DNA of 64,000 bases, taken from Gammaproteobacteria bacterium. Its GTDB lineage: Bacteria; Pseudomonadota; Gammaproteobacteria; JAJFKG01. Below the pieces are notes generated by a model. It did not search any database. It was not told where the DNA came from and saw only the letters and a program-made list of their open reading frames with translations. Below are positions 14,074 to 25,149 of the stretch, piece after piece. The stretch spans positions 618,503 through 682,502 of the forward strand of contig OZ220716.1 of the NCBI GenBank assembly GCA_965116795.1, written 5' to 3'. The first letter of the stretch is position 1. Each line of letters begins with the position of its first letter. A program made the position numbers and the translations under genes.

Positions 14074-14199
14074 TATACTCAAAGTGTTTTGAATTTATGC
14101 TTTGTTGGCTACGCCCTCTCGTCAAAGTCATGTATTTCAATACACTCCTTTGACTCAAAGGCTTGCCGCCTCGCCTAAATTCAAAACACTTTGAGTATA
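14074..14199. repeat. ERIC/IRU-like 126-bp miniature inverted-repeat element
   Basis: Perfect 24-bp terminal IRs TATACTCAAAGTGTTTTGAATTTA / TAAATTCAAAACACTTTGAGTATA; internal GTTGGCT.CGC..AGTCA..CTCC..CTTGCCGCCT matches the ERIC layout; second copy at 36925. Confidence 0.8.
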
Positions 14200-14317
14200 T
14201 TGTGCCGTTTGTGGCCAGTGCAAACCTAGCCCGCGCCAAATTGAGCCGAATTATAGGGATTTCATTACCATAGTGCAATATTCGCACGTGAGTAATTACC
14301 GCATTGGAGTCTCTACA

Positions 14318-15718
14318 TCAACTTGACTCTGGTAATTGTGGCAATTGCGCTGCTATCAAGGCATCATTTTGTGTGCTTGTATTGTCTATTGCATTTGGAT
14401 TATCACTAGCTCCACACCTAAACAGTGTGCAGAAAGCTCCCCCCTGCTTATAGAATCGCACACAGATGCCTCCATCACGCTGTGATTCAATTTCTTCTGG
14501 TGATAGCTCTTCTCCCACTTCGTCTCGTTGTACCAAATCCATATCATTATCGTCAGGAGACAAAGCAACCCCATCATCTGCTTGCAAGCTGTCAGACCGT
14601 TCCAAAGGAACAGGCAGACACGCTGCCCGTTGAAAAGCAAAGCCGCTGATGGCCAACGGAATATAAGCCAACACTCTAAGCGCTGTGTTATCAACCTTAA
14701 CGCTGACTACCATAAAATATGTTTTATCAATTGCGGTTGAGCAACAAACTCCTCTTTCTAATCCATTAACTGTTTCATCTTTTTTTGCTAGCATTCCGTA
14801 TTCATTACCAAAACCAGGCCACATACGAATATATTCACCTGACATAATCAATAGTCCTTGAACACACAGCCAAGCTGTTTCAATTGGGTTTTTGCTCTTC
14901 GCCAGACTGGAGGGAAAATAAGTCGCTGCTGATGAAAATGCAAATAACCCTACTGGGATCCGTATCAACCCTTTTGCAACCCAATTATCAAACCACTTTG
15001 ATTGGTTTTTATGTGTGTGTTCAAAACCGAAATATAACGTTCTAAACACATAGTTCAGTGCTCCAACGATAGCACTAACAGCACCGGTTAGTATTACATT
15101 ATTAATTAACCCTGTTTTAGCGATTACCAAATGCGTTCCCATACCTGATATTACGGCTATCATGCCAATAGCAACTGTCAAGGACCCTTGCTTGGCTTGT
15201 TTAACAAACCACTGATAGCGTGTTTCTTCATCCTGATTTGTAATACTATTTTTTGCTTCTTTAGTAAGCCATGACTTTGAACTTTGTCCAAACATATCCC
15301 GGATCTTGTTATACACCAGCAATAGATACGCCGGAAAAAATACTAGATATATAAACAGAGATGAATAGAATTTTATTTCATCTTCGTGCTTGTAATCTTC
15401 CTCTAGCAACGCATCGTTCCAAATGAGTTGAATGTACGCATTTGCCGTATCTTTTAACAATTCAGCAGATGTCCACACATCGCCTAGACTCAACGCAATT
15501 AATATGGCTTCCTGCGAATACCACGACAACCCTTCAAATAATTCTTTACCTTTGTTTGTACACGTTGTTGCGACATCAATTGCAGTGTTAGCGACGCATG
15601 CCATACCACTGAAAACACTGTCAGTAACATACGTAGCGCTAGTGGAAAAAAAGCTAGGGCAATAGTTTTGCAGTGAACAACTAGAAGATTGGGAATTGGT
15701 AGACTCGGAGTCAGCCAT
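14318..15718 (-). CDS. Hypothetical multi-pass membrane protein, Ser/Cys-rich termini; effector-like orphan
   Basis: 466-aa ORF with GGGAG RBS, several hydrophobic helices and an acidic C-terminal region; no recognised family. Confidence 0.6.
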   Translation of the reverse strand: MADSESTNSQSSSCSLQNYCPSFFSTSATYVTDSVFSGMACVANTAIDVATTCTNKGKELFEGLSWYSQEAILIALSLGDVWTSAELLKDTANAYIQLIWNDALLEEDYKHEDEIKFYSSLFIYLVFFPAYLLLVYNKIRDMFGQSSKSWLTKEAKNSITNQDEETRYQWFVKQAKQGSLTVAIGMIAVISGMGTHLVIAKTGLINNVILTGAVSAIVGALNYVFRTLYFGFEHTHKNQSKWFDNWVAKGLIRIPVGLFAFSSAATYFPSSLAKSKNPIETAWLCVQGLLIMSGEYIRMWPGFGNEYGMLAKKDETVNGLERGVCCSTAIDKTYFMVVSVKVDNTALRVLAYIPLAISGFAFQRAACLPVPLERSDSLQADDGVALSPDDNDMDLVQRDEVGEELSPEEIESQRDGGICVRFYKQGGAFCTLFRCGASDNPNAIDNTSTQNDALIAAQLPQLPESS

Positions 15719-15875
15719 AATAGTTCTCCCTATAATTATTTGTTATTAAATGAATATACTGTATTTGGGTGCCAAAACAGTTTTACTCTAGCATGTCAAC
15801 AACGTGCTGACAACAAACACCATTGGCAAGATTTGCAGAAGAATAATGTGATATTAAAGTTGTTGAAGAAACAAT

Positions 15876-15911
15876 AACATAAGCGACACATGAAACTGTG
15901 TCGCTTATGTT
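15876..15911 (-). terminator. Hairpin, probable terminator of the outer-membrane protein gene
   Basis: 15-bp perfect IR AACATAAGCGACACA / TGTGTCGCTTATGTT, 13 bp past the stop at 15925. Confidence 0.7.
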
Positions 15912-15924
15912 GATACAAGAAAAT

Positions 15925-16566
15925 CTAGAGAGTGAATTTCAATCCAGCTGAGACAAGATACATTGATGCAATCATCGGATGGTTTCTATCATCAGTTGAG
16001 GAAAAGCGTATCACTGGTGCACCACCCGTAAACTGGGTATTAAATGCAATATGGCGCGTCATGTTGTATTCCACACCTAGCCCATAAATGAAACCATAAC
16101 CCGTGGCACTGGTTTTCATCGTAGGATCAACTGCTTTGGCTTCGTTGCTTAACGATACCTTGTGGAACATAATCGACGGCCCCACTTTGGCAAACACATC
16201 GAAATTATGTGGCAGTGGCGCAGTTAAACGTAAAGCAGCATCGATCATCCAATCGCGTTTACTTTTCGCTTTAAGTGACGGCGTATCTTCTGACTTAAAT
16301 TTTTGGGTGCCATAGCTAGAAACTCCAATCTCTGCCCCTAAATACTGAGTGAATTGGTAACCTACGTTGGTGCTAAACCCAAAACCACTGCGCGTACCTT
16401 TGACGGTATGAAATTCCAATGAACGACTAGAAGGTTCGCCATCACCGACAAAGCTGATACCAGCATTGGCTTCAACATATGGCCCAGTTGGGATAACGGT
16501 TGCAGCTGAACTAACGCTAACAACACCGATAAGTCCAATTAATAATGCTAAACGTTTGACTAACAT
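15925..16566 (-). CDS. Outer-membrane beta-barrel protein (OmpA transmembrane-domain-like)
   Basis: Signal peptide; GYQFTQYLGAEIG, FAKVG and YGLGVEY strands; terminal GLKFTL beta-signal. Confidence 0.8.
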   Translation of the reverse strand: MLVKRLALLIGLIGVVSVSSAATVIPTGPYVEANAGISFVGDGEPSSRSLEFHTVKGTRSGFGFSTNVGYQFTQYLGAEIGVSSYGTQKFKSEDTPSLKAKSKRDWMIDAALRLTAPLPHNFDVFAKVGPSIMFHKVSLSNEAKAVDPTMKTSATGYGFIYGLGVEYNMTRHIAFNTQFTGGAPVIRFSSTDDRNHPMIASMYLVSAGLKFTL

Positions 16567-16662
16567 TGCATACCCCTTTTTGTATTTAAATGAAGCGTCG
16601 CACTGTAACGTTAAAGCACGACGATGTCTATATTCTTTGCCGGTAAATACAGGTTTTGTTTG

Positions 16663-17595
16663 TTATTGATTAATACGTTCAACAATGCCGGCTAACTCCT
16701 CAACTGAATGATAGGTAATCACAATCTTACCTTTACCGGTTGCATTACTGTGTTGCACTTTCACTGATGCAACCAATTTATCAGTCAATAAGTGTTTTAC
16801 TTGCTCAACAAGTTGATTAGACTCGCGTTTTTGTACTTGTTTTGGTGCCAATATTTGTTTGACTAAGCGTTCTGTTTCGCGAACAGATAAGTTATTTGTA
16901 ACTACTCGTTTGCCTGCATCAACTTGTTCACTCCCCCCATCTAATGCAAGCAAGGCTCTGGCATGCCCCATTTCCAGCTCTCCTTGTTCAACCAGTTGCT
17001 TTACTGCTGGGTGTAATTCAGTTAACCGTAGCAAATTAGACACAGCTGATCGTGACTTACCAACAACATCTGCAATTTCTTGATGGGTTAAATCAAATTC
17101 GGTTAGCAACCGTCGCAATGCATTGGCTTCTTCCATCGGGTTTAAATCTTCACGTTGAATATTTTCGATCAACGCAATGGCTAACGCATCTTTATCACTA
17201 ATTTGCTTAACCAAGGCTGGGATGGCGTGTAATCCTGCCAATTGTGCGGCACGCCAACGCCGTTCACCGGCGATTAATTCATACGTATTAGCACGATCAG
17301 TCTGACGTACGGTTATTGGTGAAATCACCCCTTGTTGTTTGATCGAATCGGCCAACTCTTGCAATGTCGTATCAGCAAATGCCTTACGCGGTTGGTAATG
17401 CCCTGGCTCAATGGCATCGATTGCTAATGACACCACGTGATCTGAGGATTGGGTTGTTGGATGAGAGCTCTCTGCTATTGGGCTATCAATATTTGCAGCT
17501 GTAGCTGATTGCTCAACAACACTACGTGCCCCACCGAGTAACGCATCTAAGTTTCGGCCTAACCCACGTCGTTTAATCGCCATTGATTCCCTCAC
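16663..17595 (-). CDS. parB: Chromosome partitioning protein ParB
   Basis: RGLGRNLDALL, YQPR, AGERRWRAA, IENIQREDL, HTH. Confidence 0.97.
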   Translation of the reverse strand: MRESMAIKRRGLGRNLDALLGGARSVVEQSATAANIDSPIAESSHPTTQSSDHVVSLAIDAIEPGHYQPRKAFADTTLQELADSIKQQGVISPITVRQTDRANTYELIAGERRWRAAQLAGLHAIPALVKQISDKDALAIALIENIQREDLNPMEEANALRRLLTEFDLTHQEIADVVGKSRSAVSNLLRLTELHPAVKQLVEQGELEMGHARALLALDGGSEQVDAGKRVVTNNLSVRETERLVKQILAPKQVQKRESNQLVEQVKHLLTDKLVASVKVQHSNATGKGKIVITYHSVEELAGIVERINQ

Positions 17596-17611
17596 TTACT
17601 AAACGTTATTG

Positions 17612-18424
17612 TTATTCATTTACTGTCTCTATAGAAACAGGCTCTTGTTGTTTTACACGTTCACCTTGTTCTCGCCGTAAAAACTCACCCACCAACGCTG
17701 TGTACGCATTCGCGCCTTGAGAACGTTTGTCATATAGTAATACTGGTAACCCATAACTGGGGGCTTCTGCTAAACGCACATTGCGTGGGATCACCGTATT
17801 AAATACGCGATCTCGAAAATGGGTATACAGCTCTTCGGATACATCTCGACATAATCGACTGCGTCCATCGTACATGGTGCGCAACAAGCCATCTATGTAA
17901 AGTGTTGGATTAAGCGTTTGCGTAATTTGCTCAATGGTATCCATTAATGCTGACAACCCCTCTAGCGCATAATACTCACATTGCACCGGGATAATCACAC
18001 TATTGGCAGCCACTAATGCGTTAACCGTGAGCATGTTTAACGACGGTGGGCAATCAATAATAATGTAGTCATAATCAGAGGTAATTGATGATAATCCATT
18101 ACGTAATGTATCCTGGCTATCCGGTTGTTGTAGCAAAGCCACTTCGGCAACGGTTAAGTCACTATTGGCAGGCAATACATCAAACCCCGCTGACGATGAA
18201 ACAATCCCATCTGTTGGCGTCGATGTTCCTAAAAAAACATCGTTAATTGATGACGTTAGTTTATATTTATCAACACCACATCCCATGGTGGCATTACCTT
18301 GTGGATCTAAATCGATTAACAATACACGATAGTGTTCTGCTGCTAATGCTGCCGCAAAATTAACAGCGGACGTGGTTTTACCAACACCACCTTTTTGATT
18401 GGTTAATGCAATTACTTTTGCCAC
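17612..18424 (-). CDS. parA: Chromosome partitioning ATPase ParA/Soj
   Basis: NQKGGVGKTT, DLDPQGN, DCPPSL, PRNVRLAEAPS. Confidence 0.97.
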   Translation of the reverse strand: MAKVIALTNQKGGVGKTTSAVNFAAALAAEHYRVLLIDLDPQGNATMGCGVDKYKLTSSINDVFLGTSTPTDGIVSSSAGFDVLPANSDLTVAEVALLQQPDSQDTLRNGLSSITSDYDYIIIDCPPSLNMLTVNALVAANSVIIPVQCEYYALEGLSALMDTIEQITQTLNPTLYIDGLLRTMYDGRSRLCRDVSEELYTHFRDRVFNTVIPRNVRLAEAPSYGLPVLLYDKRSQGANAYTALVGEFLRREQGERVKQQEPVSIETVNE

Positions 18425-18533
18425 GGATTACTCACATCTATTTTTTCAGTGTCTCCTACTGTAATGCATTATACCGATTGATCGACAATACGCTACTGAT
18501 TTTTATCAGCCAAAAAATACTTAAATGTGGGGT

Positions 18534-19184
18534 TTATATTGATATCTTTTTAATTTGAACTAATCGTCGCTGTTGTTCAACCCCAGGAACGGTTAACGTA
18601 ATAATCGAATCAAACTGCGTATTTTTAGGCAAATTAGTATATTCATCCGCAGCAACAGCGCCTTTTAATAATAACCATTGACCTGTTTTAGCAAGCAATC
18701 TATTTGAAATACTGACTAATTCAGCACAGCTAGCAACGGCTCTGGCAGTTACCGCATAAAACAATGTATTGGATTGGTAGGTTTCAATGCGTTGATTAAC
18801 TACTTGAACATTGGCTAAAGAGAGTGTTGCCACCACTTGATTTAAAAACCGTGTGCGTTTTTGCTGACACTCTAACAATACAAATTGATGCTGTGGCAGG
18901 GCGATTGCCAGTGGGATCCCGGGCAATCCAGCCCCCGAACCAATATCCAATAACGGTGATCGAACAACATAAGGCATGATTGCCAAACTATCTAGCAGAT
19001 GCATTGATACCATTTTGTGTATATCACGCACAGCCGTTAAATTATAAATTCGATTCCACTGTTCTAATAACACCAGATAATCAATTAATTGTTGATATTG
19101 GTAATCGGATAAGGTTAACCCTAACTGATTAGTTCCTGCAGTTAAGTTTGTAATAAGTAATTCACGCTGTTTTAGAGGAAGCAT
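18534..19184 (-). CDS. rsmG: 16S rRNA m7G527 methyltransferase
   Basis: [29 protein letters not shown]; follows mnmG; start set at ATG 19184. Confidence 0.95.
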   Translation of the reverse strand: MLPLKQRELLITNLTAGTNQLGLTLSDYQYQQLIDYLVLLEQWNRIYNLTAVRDIHKMVSMHLLDSLAIMPYVVRSPLLDIGSGAGLPGIPLAIALPQHQFVLLECQQKRTRFLNQVVATLSLANVQVVNQRIETYQSNTLFYAVTARAVASCAELVSISNRLLAKTGQWLLLKGAVAADEYTNLPKNTQFDSIITLTVPGVEQQRRLVQIKKISI

Positions 19185-21072
19185 GATGTGTGCGTCGTAA
19201 TTGGTGTTTTTTAACATGCAGCAGCAATAACGAAATTGCCGCGGGCGTCATCCCAGGAATACGCCTAGCATGATCAATTGTAGTAGGCTTAATACTGGTT
19301 AACTTTTCAATTAATTCTGCTGACAATCCAGAAACCTGATGATAGTCAATGGTGTCAGGCAATGCTGTCGCATATGCACGCTGCTGTTTGGCAATATCGT
19401 GTTGTTGGCGGGTAATATACCCTTCATATTTAGTTTGAATCTCTACTTGTTCTGCCACATTTGCAGCAATCGTTACCTGTTCGATACCTGCCAACCCCAC
19501 AACATCTTGGTAAGTTAACTGTGGACGACGCAATAGATCTAATGCGTTAACACCTTTTGTCAGTGACTGGCCCAGTTTATTAGTTAATGCCTGATCAGCT
19601 GTATCACCTGGGTTTATCCAAATCGTACGTAATCGCGCAGTTTCGGCATCAATTGCATCGCGACGTGCACAAAAGGCTTGCCACTGTTGATCGCCAACCA
19701 AATCCAATTCTCGTCCTGTTTCGGTTAAACGCAAATCGGCATTGTCTTCGCGTAACAATAAACGGTACTCAGCTCGACTGGTAAACATGCGGTATGGCTC
19801 TTGTGTGCCACGCGTAATTAAATCATCGATTAACACACCAATATAGGCTTGATCGCGACGCGGATACCAAGGTGCCTGTTCGCGCGCTTGTCTAGCCGCA
19901 TTGATTCCCGCAATTAACCCTTGTGCTGCCGCTTCTTCATAACCTGTGGTTCCGTTAATTTGACCCGCGAAAAACAATCCTGGTAACGGTTTGGTTTCAA
20001 GCCACGGGTGTAATCCACGCGGGTCAAAAAAGTCATACTCTATGGCATACCCTGCGCGAGTGATCACAGCACACTCAAACCCAATAATACTGCGTACAAA
20101 GGCTTGTTGTACGCTAAACGGTAAACTAGTAGATATCCCATTAGGATACACTTCATTAGTGTACAACCCTTCTGGTTCAACAAAAATTTGATGTGATTCT
20201 TTATCAGCAAAACGCACGACCTTATCTTCAATCGATGGGCAATAACGCGGACCAACGCTTTGAATATCACCTGAATACATCGGTGATTCGTGCAAATGCG
20301 ACCGAATAATTTCATGGGTTTTTTCAGTGGTGCGAGTAATATGACAAACCACTTGCTGTGGATGATCAGCAACATCACTTAACACTGAAAATACCGGGGT
20401 AGGGACATCGCCTGGTTGTACGGTCAACTGGCTATAATCAATCGTTTTACCATCAATGCGTGGTGGGGTGCCTGTTTTTAAGCGATCAATATTAAATGCT
20501 AATTCACGCAACCGTGTTGCTAATGCATTCGCTGGTGGATCGCCAGCGCGTCCACCTGGATAATGGGTTTTACCAATATGAATATGACCACCCAAAAAGG
20601 TTCCCACAGTTAATACTACCGTCTTTGCATAGAAACGTAATCCCATCTGAGTAATCACACCAATCACGCGATTGTTGTCGACGATTAAGTCATCGACACC
20701 TTGTTGGAATAAACGTAAATTAGGCTGTGACTCAAGGTATTGGCGAATAGTTTGTTTGTATAATTGCCGGCAGGCTTGGGCACGTGTAGCACGTACTGCA
20801 GGCCCCTTACTCGCGTTTAACCGTCGAAAATGGATCCCGGCGTGATCCGCTGCACGTGCCATCACCCCGCCGAGCGCATCAATTTCTCTAACCAAATGGC
20901 CTTTTCCAATCCCACCGATCGCAGGATTGCATGACATGTGTCCTAATGTGTCGAGATTATGTGTCAACAGTAACGTGTTAGCGCCACTGCGTGCTGACGC
21001 CAACGCCGCTTCAGTACCGGCATGACCACCACCAACGACAATAACATCTAAACCATCTAAATTTTCCGACAT
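19162..21072 (-). CDS. mnmG: tRNA uridine-5-carboxymethylaminomethyl modification enzyme (GidA)
   Basis: [46 protein letters not shown]. Confidence 0.98.
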   Translation of the reverse strand: MSENLDGLDVIVVGGGHAGTEAALASARSGANTLLLTHNLDTLGHMSCNPAIGGIGKGHLVREIDALGGVMARAADHAGIHFRRLNASKGPAVRATRAQACRQLYKQTIRQYLESQPNLRLFQQGVDDLIVDNNRVIGVITQMGLRFYAKTVVLTVGTFLGGHIHIGKTHYPGGRAGDPPANALATRLRELAFNIDRLKTGTPPRIDGKTIDYSQLTVQPGDVPTPVFSVLSDVADHPQQVVCHITRTTEKTHEIIRSHLHESPMYSGDIQSVGPRYCPSIEDKVVRFADKESHQIFVEPEGLYTNEVYPNGISTSLPFSVQQAFVRSIIGFECAVITRAGYAIEYDFFDPRGLHPWLETKPLPGLFFAGQINGTTGYEEAAAQGLIAGINAARQAREQAPWYPRRDQAYIGVLIDDLITRGTQEPYRMFTSRAEYRLLLREDNADLRLTETGRELDLVGDQQWQAFCARRDAIDAETARLRTIWINPGDTADQALTNKLGQSLTKGVNALDLLRRPQLTYQDVVGLAGIEQVTIAANVAEQVEIQTKYEGYITRQQHDIAKQQRAYATALPDTIDYHQVSGLSAELIEKLTSIKPTTIDHARRIPGMTPAAISLLLLHVKKHQLRRTHHASSKTA

Positions 21073-21108
21073 AATTTGTTGCTCACATTAAAAAACAATG
21101 CCTTTTGG

Positions 21109-22458
21109 TTACTTTCCTATACAAAAACGGCTAAAAATCTCACCCAATAAATCATCCGAATGAAACACGCCGGTGATGTTATCTAATGCCAACTGTGCCT
21201 GGCGTAACTCTTCAGCAATTAATTCTACACCCGCATGTTGTTGTAACTGAACCTGCGCATTTAATAATGCTTGATTGGCTGCTGACAACCCGGTTAAGTG
21301 GCGCCGCCTAGCCAAATAAATTCCTTCCGTCTGCGCATTATAACCTGTAATAGCAAGCAAATGTTGACGCAATAAGTCGATGCCTTCACCAGTCTTTGCT
21401 GATAAGCCAATCGTCGTATAATCATCATGTTGGCTAACAAACGTAGGCTCATCAATTAAATCAATTTTATTGTTGATGATAGTAATTGGTAACCTTTGAT
21501 TATTATCGATGGTTAACGTTGCAGCTATGTCAGCATATTTTTGCGGTTGCTGACTATCTTGCACCCACAATACATGATCAGCCTGACTAATTTCCGTATG
21601 CGCTCGCTTGATCCCTTCTACTTCTATACGATCGGGATCAGCACGCAACCCAGCGGTATCGATAATATGTAACGGAACCCCCTCAATATGAATATATTCA
21701 CGTAACACATCACGAGTTGTTCCGGGAATATCGGTAACAATCGCACTGTCGCGACCGCTTAAGCGATTTAATAAACTGGATTTTCCGGCATTCGGCTTGC
21801 CGGCAATAACCAGCGTTAACCCTTCTCGCAAACAATGGCCTTGCGTAGCTTGTTGTCGAATTAAGTGTAATGTCGCTAACAATTGCGTTAATCGTTGTGC
21901 CACATTACCACGTTCTAACCAATCGACATCTTCATCGACAAAGTCAATGGCGCCTTCGATATATAAACGCAATTCAATTAATTGCTGTTTAAATTGATTA
22001 ATCGTATTAGCAAACTCACCTTGCAACGAACGAACGGCTAACTTGGCTGCTTGCACCGATCCACTATCGATCAAATCAGCAATTGCTTCGGCTTGGGTTA
22101 AATCTAACTTGTCATTTAAAAATGCGCGTTTAGCGAATTCACCGGGTTCAGCTAAGCGTGCACCCAATGATAATACCCGTTTTAATAAACTATCGGTAAC
22201 AATCACCCCGCCATGACCATGTAACTCAATCACGTCTTCACCAGTAAATGAGTCTGGCGCCTTAAAATACAGGCATAAACCAATATCGATCGGTTGATTA
22301 TCATCCGCTAAAAAAGACGTGTATTTAGCAACTCGAGGGGTAAACTCACCTACCCCCAGCCGTTTAGCAATGTCATAGGCTTGTTCACCTGATAAGCGTA
22401 ATATGCTAACAGCGCCTCGCCCTGGCGGGGTAACCGGTGCAACAATCGTATCTAACAT
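21109..22458 (-). CDS. mnmE: tRNA modification GTPase (TrmE)
   Basis: GKPNAGKSS, GTTRD, DTAGLR, NKID; C-terminal FCIGK. Confidence 0.98.
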   Translation of the reverse strand: MLDTIVAPVTPPGRGAVSILRLSGEQAYDIAKRLGVGEFTPRVAKYTSFLADDNQPIDIGLCLYFKAPDSFTGEDVIELHGHGGVIVTDSLLKRVLSLGARLAEPGEFAKRAFLNDKLDLTQAEAIADLIDSGSVQAAKLAVRSLQGEFANTINQFKQQLIELRLYIEGAIDFVDEDVDWLERGNVAQRLTQLLATLHLIRQQATQGHCLREGLTLVIAGKPNAGKSSLLNRLSGRDSAIVTDIPGTTRDVLREYIHIEGVPLHIIDTAGLRADPDRIEVEGIKRAHTEISQADHVLWVQDSQQPQKYADIAATLTIDNNQRLPITIINNKIDLIDEPTFVSQHDDYTTIGLSAKTGEGIDLLRQHLLAITGYNAQTEGIYLARRRHLTGLSAANQALLNAQVQLQQHAGVELIAEELRQAQLALDNITGVFHSDDLLGEIFSRFCIGK

Positions 22459-22463
22459 ACGTG

Positions 22464-24188
22464 TTACATCTTAGATTTAAACAACGACTTTTTACTTGAT
22501 TTAAAGCTTCCTTTTTGTTGTTCTAAATCAAGTTTACGCATGATATACCACTGTTGCGTAATTGAAATAGTATTGTTAGTTACCCAATACAACACTAATC
22601 CTGCAGGGAAATATAAGAATAATACGGTAAACACAATGGGTAACATCATCATCATTTTGGCTTGCATTGGATCCGGTGGTGGTGGGCTTAACTTTTGTTG
22701 TAAAAACATGGTTAACCCCATAAACAAAGGCAAAATGTAGAATGGATCTTTGGCGGATAAATCATGGATCCAGAATATCCACGGTGCTTGTCGCAATTCA
22801 ACACTTTCAATTAACACCCAATATAACCCTATAAACACCGGGATTTGAATTAAGATCGGCAAGCATCCGCTTAGTGGATTGACCTTTTCTTTGCGATACA
22901 GCTCCATTATTGATTGACTAAACTTTTGTTTATCATCGCCATAACGCTCTTTTAAGGTTTGAATTTTAGGTTGTAACAACCGCATTCTACCCATCGAGCG
23001 GTAACTGATAACTGACAGTTTATAAAAAACTAAGCGCACAAACAGGGTTAATAATACGATTGACCACCCCCAGTTGTTAACTAACACATGAATTTTACGC
23101 ATCAACCAGAACAGCGCACTGGAAATCACCCAGAAAATCCCGTAATCGATAGTCAAATCTAAATTCAGTGCAACTTGCTCTAAGCGTTGTGCGCTTTCAG
23201 GGCCAGCATAAAGTGTTGCTGTTTGCTGTAATACGGTATTAGGCTGCACCGTCATTTCAGGACCAATTGCTCCTAACGTATATACCCCATTGTTCACGTG
23301 GCTATAAAAGTGATTGACTTGTCCAGTCGGTGGCACCCATGCAGTTAAGAAATAATGTTGCTGAAAGGCGAGCCAGCCATCTTTACTACTAATATCAACA
23401 TTCTTTTTGCCTAGTGAACCGTAACTTAATTTGTTGTATTTTTTATTGGTTGTTGAAGTTGCCGCCCCAGTAAACGTATGCAACCCTAAAAATGATGCAC
23501 CTGTCTGCGCTGGTTTTTGTTGTATTTGAGTGTATAAATGCCCTTGCCACGGTTTTCTAGCGTTATTGTGGATGGTATAACGCACATCAACCGCGTATTT
23601 ACCGCGAGTAAACTCATACGATTTAGTGATCGAAACACCTTTACTATCCTTCCACATTAAATCAACAGTTAATGTATTGTGATCATCGGCTAAGTTATAG
23701 TGACTTTTTGCAGCTTTATACTGCGCCAACTTAGTCGGCGTATCAGGCCCCTGAGTTCCAGTTAAACCGCTTTGTGCAATATACAAGGTGTTTTGCTTAT
23801 CGTTTAATAAGGTAAAGGCGGTCGAGCTGCCTAAACTATCTGGAAAATTGAGTAATCGTACATTAATGACATTGCCACCTAAGGTATCAATGGTAACCTG
23901 TAGCATATCGGTGGTTATGCTGATTGTTCGTGCGGTTGGTGTCAGCGCAGTTGGCTTACTACTATTTACAGCGGGCACTGCTGTTGAACCAGCTGTCATT
24001 GCTGATTGAGTAGCGACTTGCTTTGCGGGAATAGTTGGAACATGGGTATTACCAGACGATGCCACAGTAGACGCTTCTGCATGAACAGTATTACTTATCT
24101 GTTCATGCTGCCAAGCCGTCCATAATTGCAAACCAATAAATAGTAATGCACCCAGTAAAATAACACGTTTTATATCAGTTCGTCCCAT
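22464..24188 (-). CDS. yidC: Membrane protein insertase
   Basis: Periplasmic domain, then NWGWSI, VNPLSGCLP and GLVLYWVTNN. Confidence 0.97.
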   Translation of the reverse strand: MGRTDIKRVILLGALLFIGLQLWTAWQHEQISNTVHAEASTVASSGNTHVPTIPAKQVATQSAMTAGSTAVPAVNSSKPTALTPTARTISITTDMLQVTIDTLGGNVINVRLLNFPDSLGSSTAFTLLNDKQNTLYIAQSGLTGTQGPDTPTKLAQYKAAKSHYNLADDHNTLTVDLMWKDSKGVSITKSYEFTRGKYAVDVRYTIHNNARKPWQGHLYTQIQQKPAQTGASFLGLHTFTGAATSTTNKKYNKLSYGSLGKKNVDISSKDGWLAFQQHYFLTAWVPPTGQVNHFYSHVNNGVYTLGAIGPEMTVQPNTVLQQTATLYAGPESAQRLEQVALNLDLTIDYGIFWVISSALFWLMRKIHVLVNNWGWSIVLLTLFVRLVFYKLSVISYRSMGRMRLLQPKIQTLKERYGDDKQKFSQSIMELYRKEKVNPLSGCLPILIQIPVFIGLYWVLIESVELRQAPWIFWIHDLSAKDPFYILPLFMGLTMFLQQKLSPPPPDPMQAKMMMMLPIVFTVLFLYFPAGLVLYWVTNNTISITQQWYIMRKLDLEQQKGSFKSSKKSLFKSKM

Positions 24189-24191
24189 TAT

Positions 24192-24464
24192 CTATTTCTC
24201 AATCGTTGTCGTTAATGACAGTGGATGTGTAGGCACGGGATCAATCCCACACCCTCCCCAAGGATGGCAACGACTCAATCGTTTTAGAGTTAGCCACAGA
24301 CCGCGAACAATGCCATGCCGATTAATTGCTTCTGATGCATAAGCAGAACAACTCGGATAAAAACGGCAGTGTTGGCCTAACACCGGGCTAATCAATAGCC
24401 GGTATAGTTGAATAATACCAATTACGCTGTATTTTATTGCATTTTGGTAACTAATCGTTGCCAC
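24192..24464 (-). CDS. yidD: Membrane protein insertion efficiency factor
   Basis: [11 protein letters not shown] and [14 protein letters not shown]. Confidence 0.93.
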   Translation of the reverse strand: MATISYQNAIKYSVIGIIQLYRLLISPVLGQHCRFYPSCSAYASEAINRHGIVRGLWLTLKRLSRCHPWGGCGIDPVPTHPLSLTTTIEK

Positions 24465-24835
24465 AATTTATCAATGTCCTTACGTAATCGTTGCTTGATA
24501 ATCAATGCTTGCTCTGCTGTCTGATCACCATGCTTACTAAAACAGTATTGATTGGCAATCACAATGATATCGACATTACTAAACACGTGCTGTTGCTGGC
24601 GAAAACGTTCACGCACAATACGTTTAACCAGGTTACGCCTTACCGCCAACTTAGAACAACGCTTAGAGACAATAACCCCCAAACGTGCATGCGTGAATGA
24701 GTTTGGTAAACTCAGCAAACGAAAACATCGGCCAGTTATTGATAAAGGCTTCCCTTTAAATACGCGTTGGTATTGCGCTGGTCGACGTATCCGGTATTGC
24801 GGCGAAAATGTATACTCTTCCACCTTAATTAACAC
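24434..24835 (-). CDS. rnpA: Ribonuclease P protein component
   Basis: [24 protein letters not shown] (RNR motif); between rpmH and yidD; start may be GTG 24823. Confidence 0.92.
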   Translation of the reverse strand: MLIKVEEYTFSPQYRIRRPAQYQRVFKGKPLSITGRCFRLLSLPNSFTHARLGVIVSKRCSKLAVRRNLVKRIVRERFRQQQHVFSNVDIIVIANQYCFSKHGDQTAEQALIIKQRLRKDIDKLWQRLVTKMQ

Positions 24836-24847
24836 GTTTCACCGTCA

Positions 24848-24982
24848 CTATACAGTAAGCTGCTTGCGTCCTTTGGCTCGACGACTTTTTAATATATCGC
24901 GCCCACCTTTGCTTGCCATACGTGCTCGAAAACCGTGCTTACGATTACGTTTTAAGTTGCTGGGCTGAAATGTTCTTTTCAT
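24848..24982 (-). CDS. rpmH: 50S ribosomal protein L34 (44 aa; absent from the ORF track)
   Basis: Translated by hand: [44 protein letters not shown]. Confidence 0.97.
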   Translation of the reverse strand: MKRTFQPSNLKRNRKHGFRARMASKGGRDILKSRRAKGRKQLTV

Positions 24983-25149
24983 GATTCACTATTACCTAGG
25001 TTGTCATTTACTTGCAATCAACGCCTGTTACTTATCTATACCGATAAGGGCGCAGATAATAGGTGATCTATCTACCCATTTCAAATCATTTTTGGTTAAC
25101 TTATTACCGACTGGTGTTGCTTGGGTACATTGTTCTGTGGTGACTCAAG

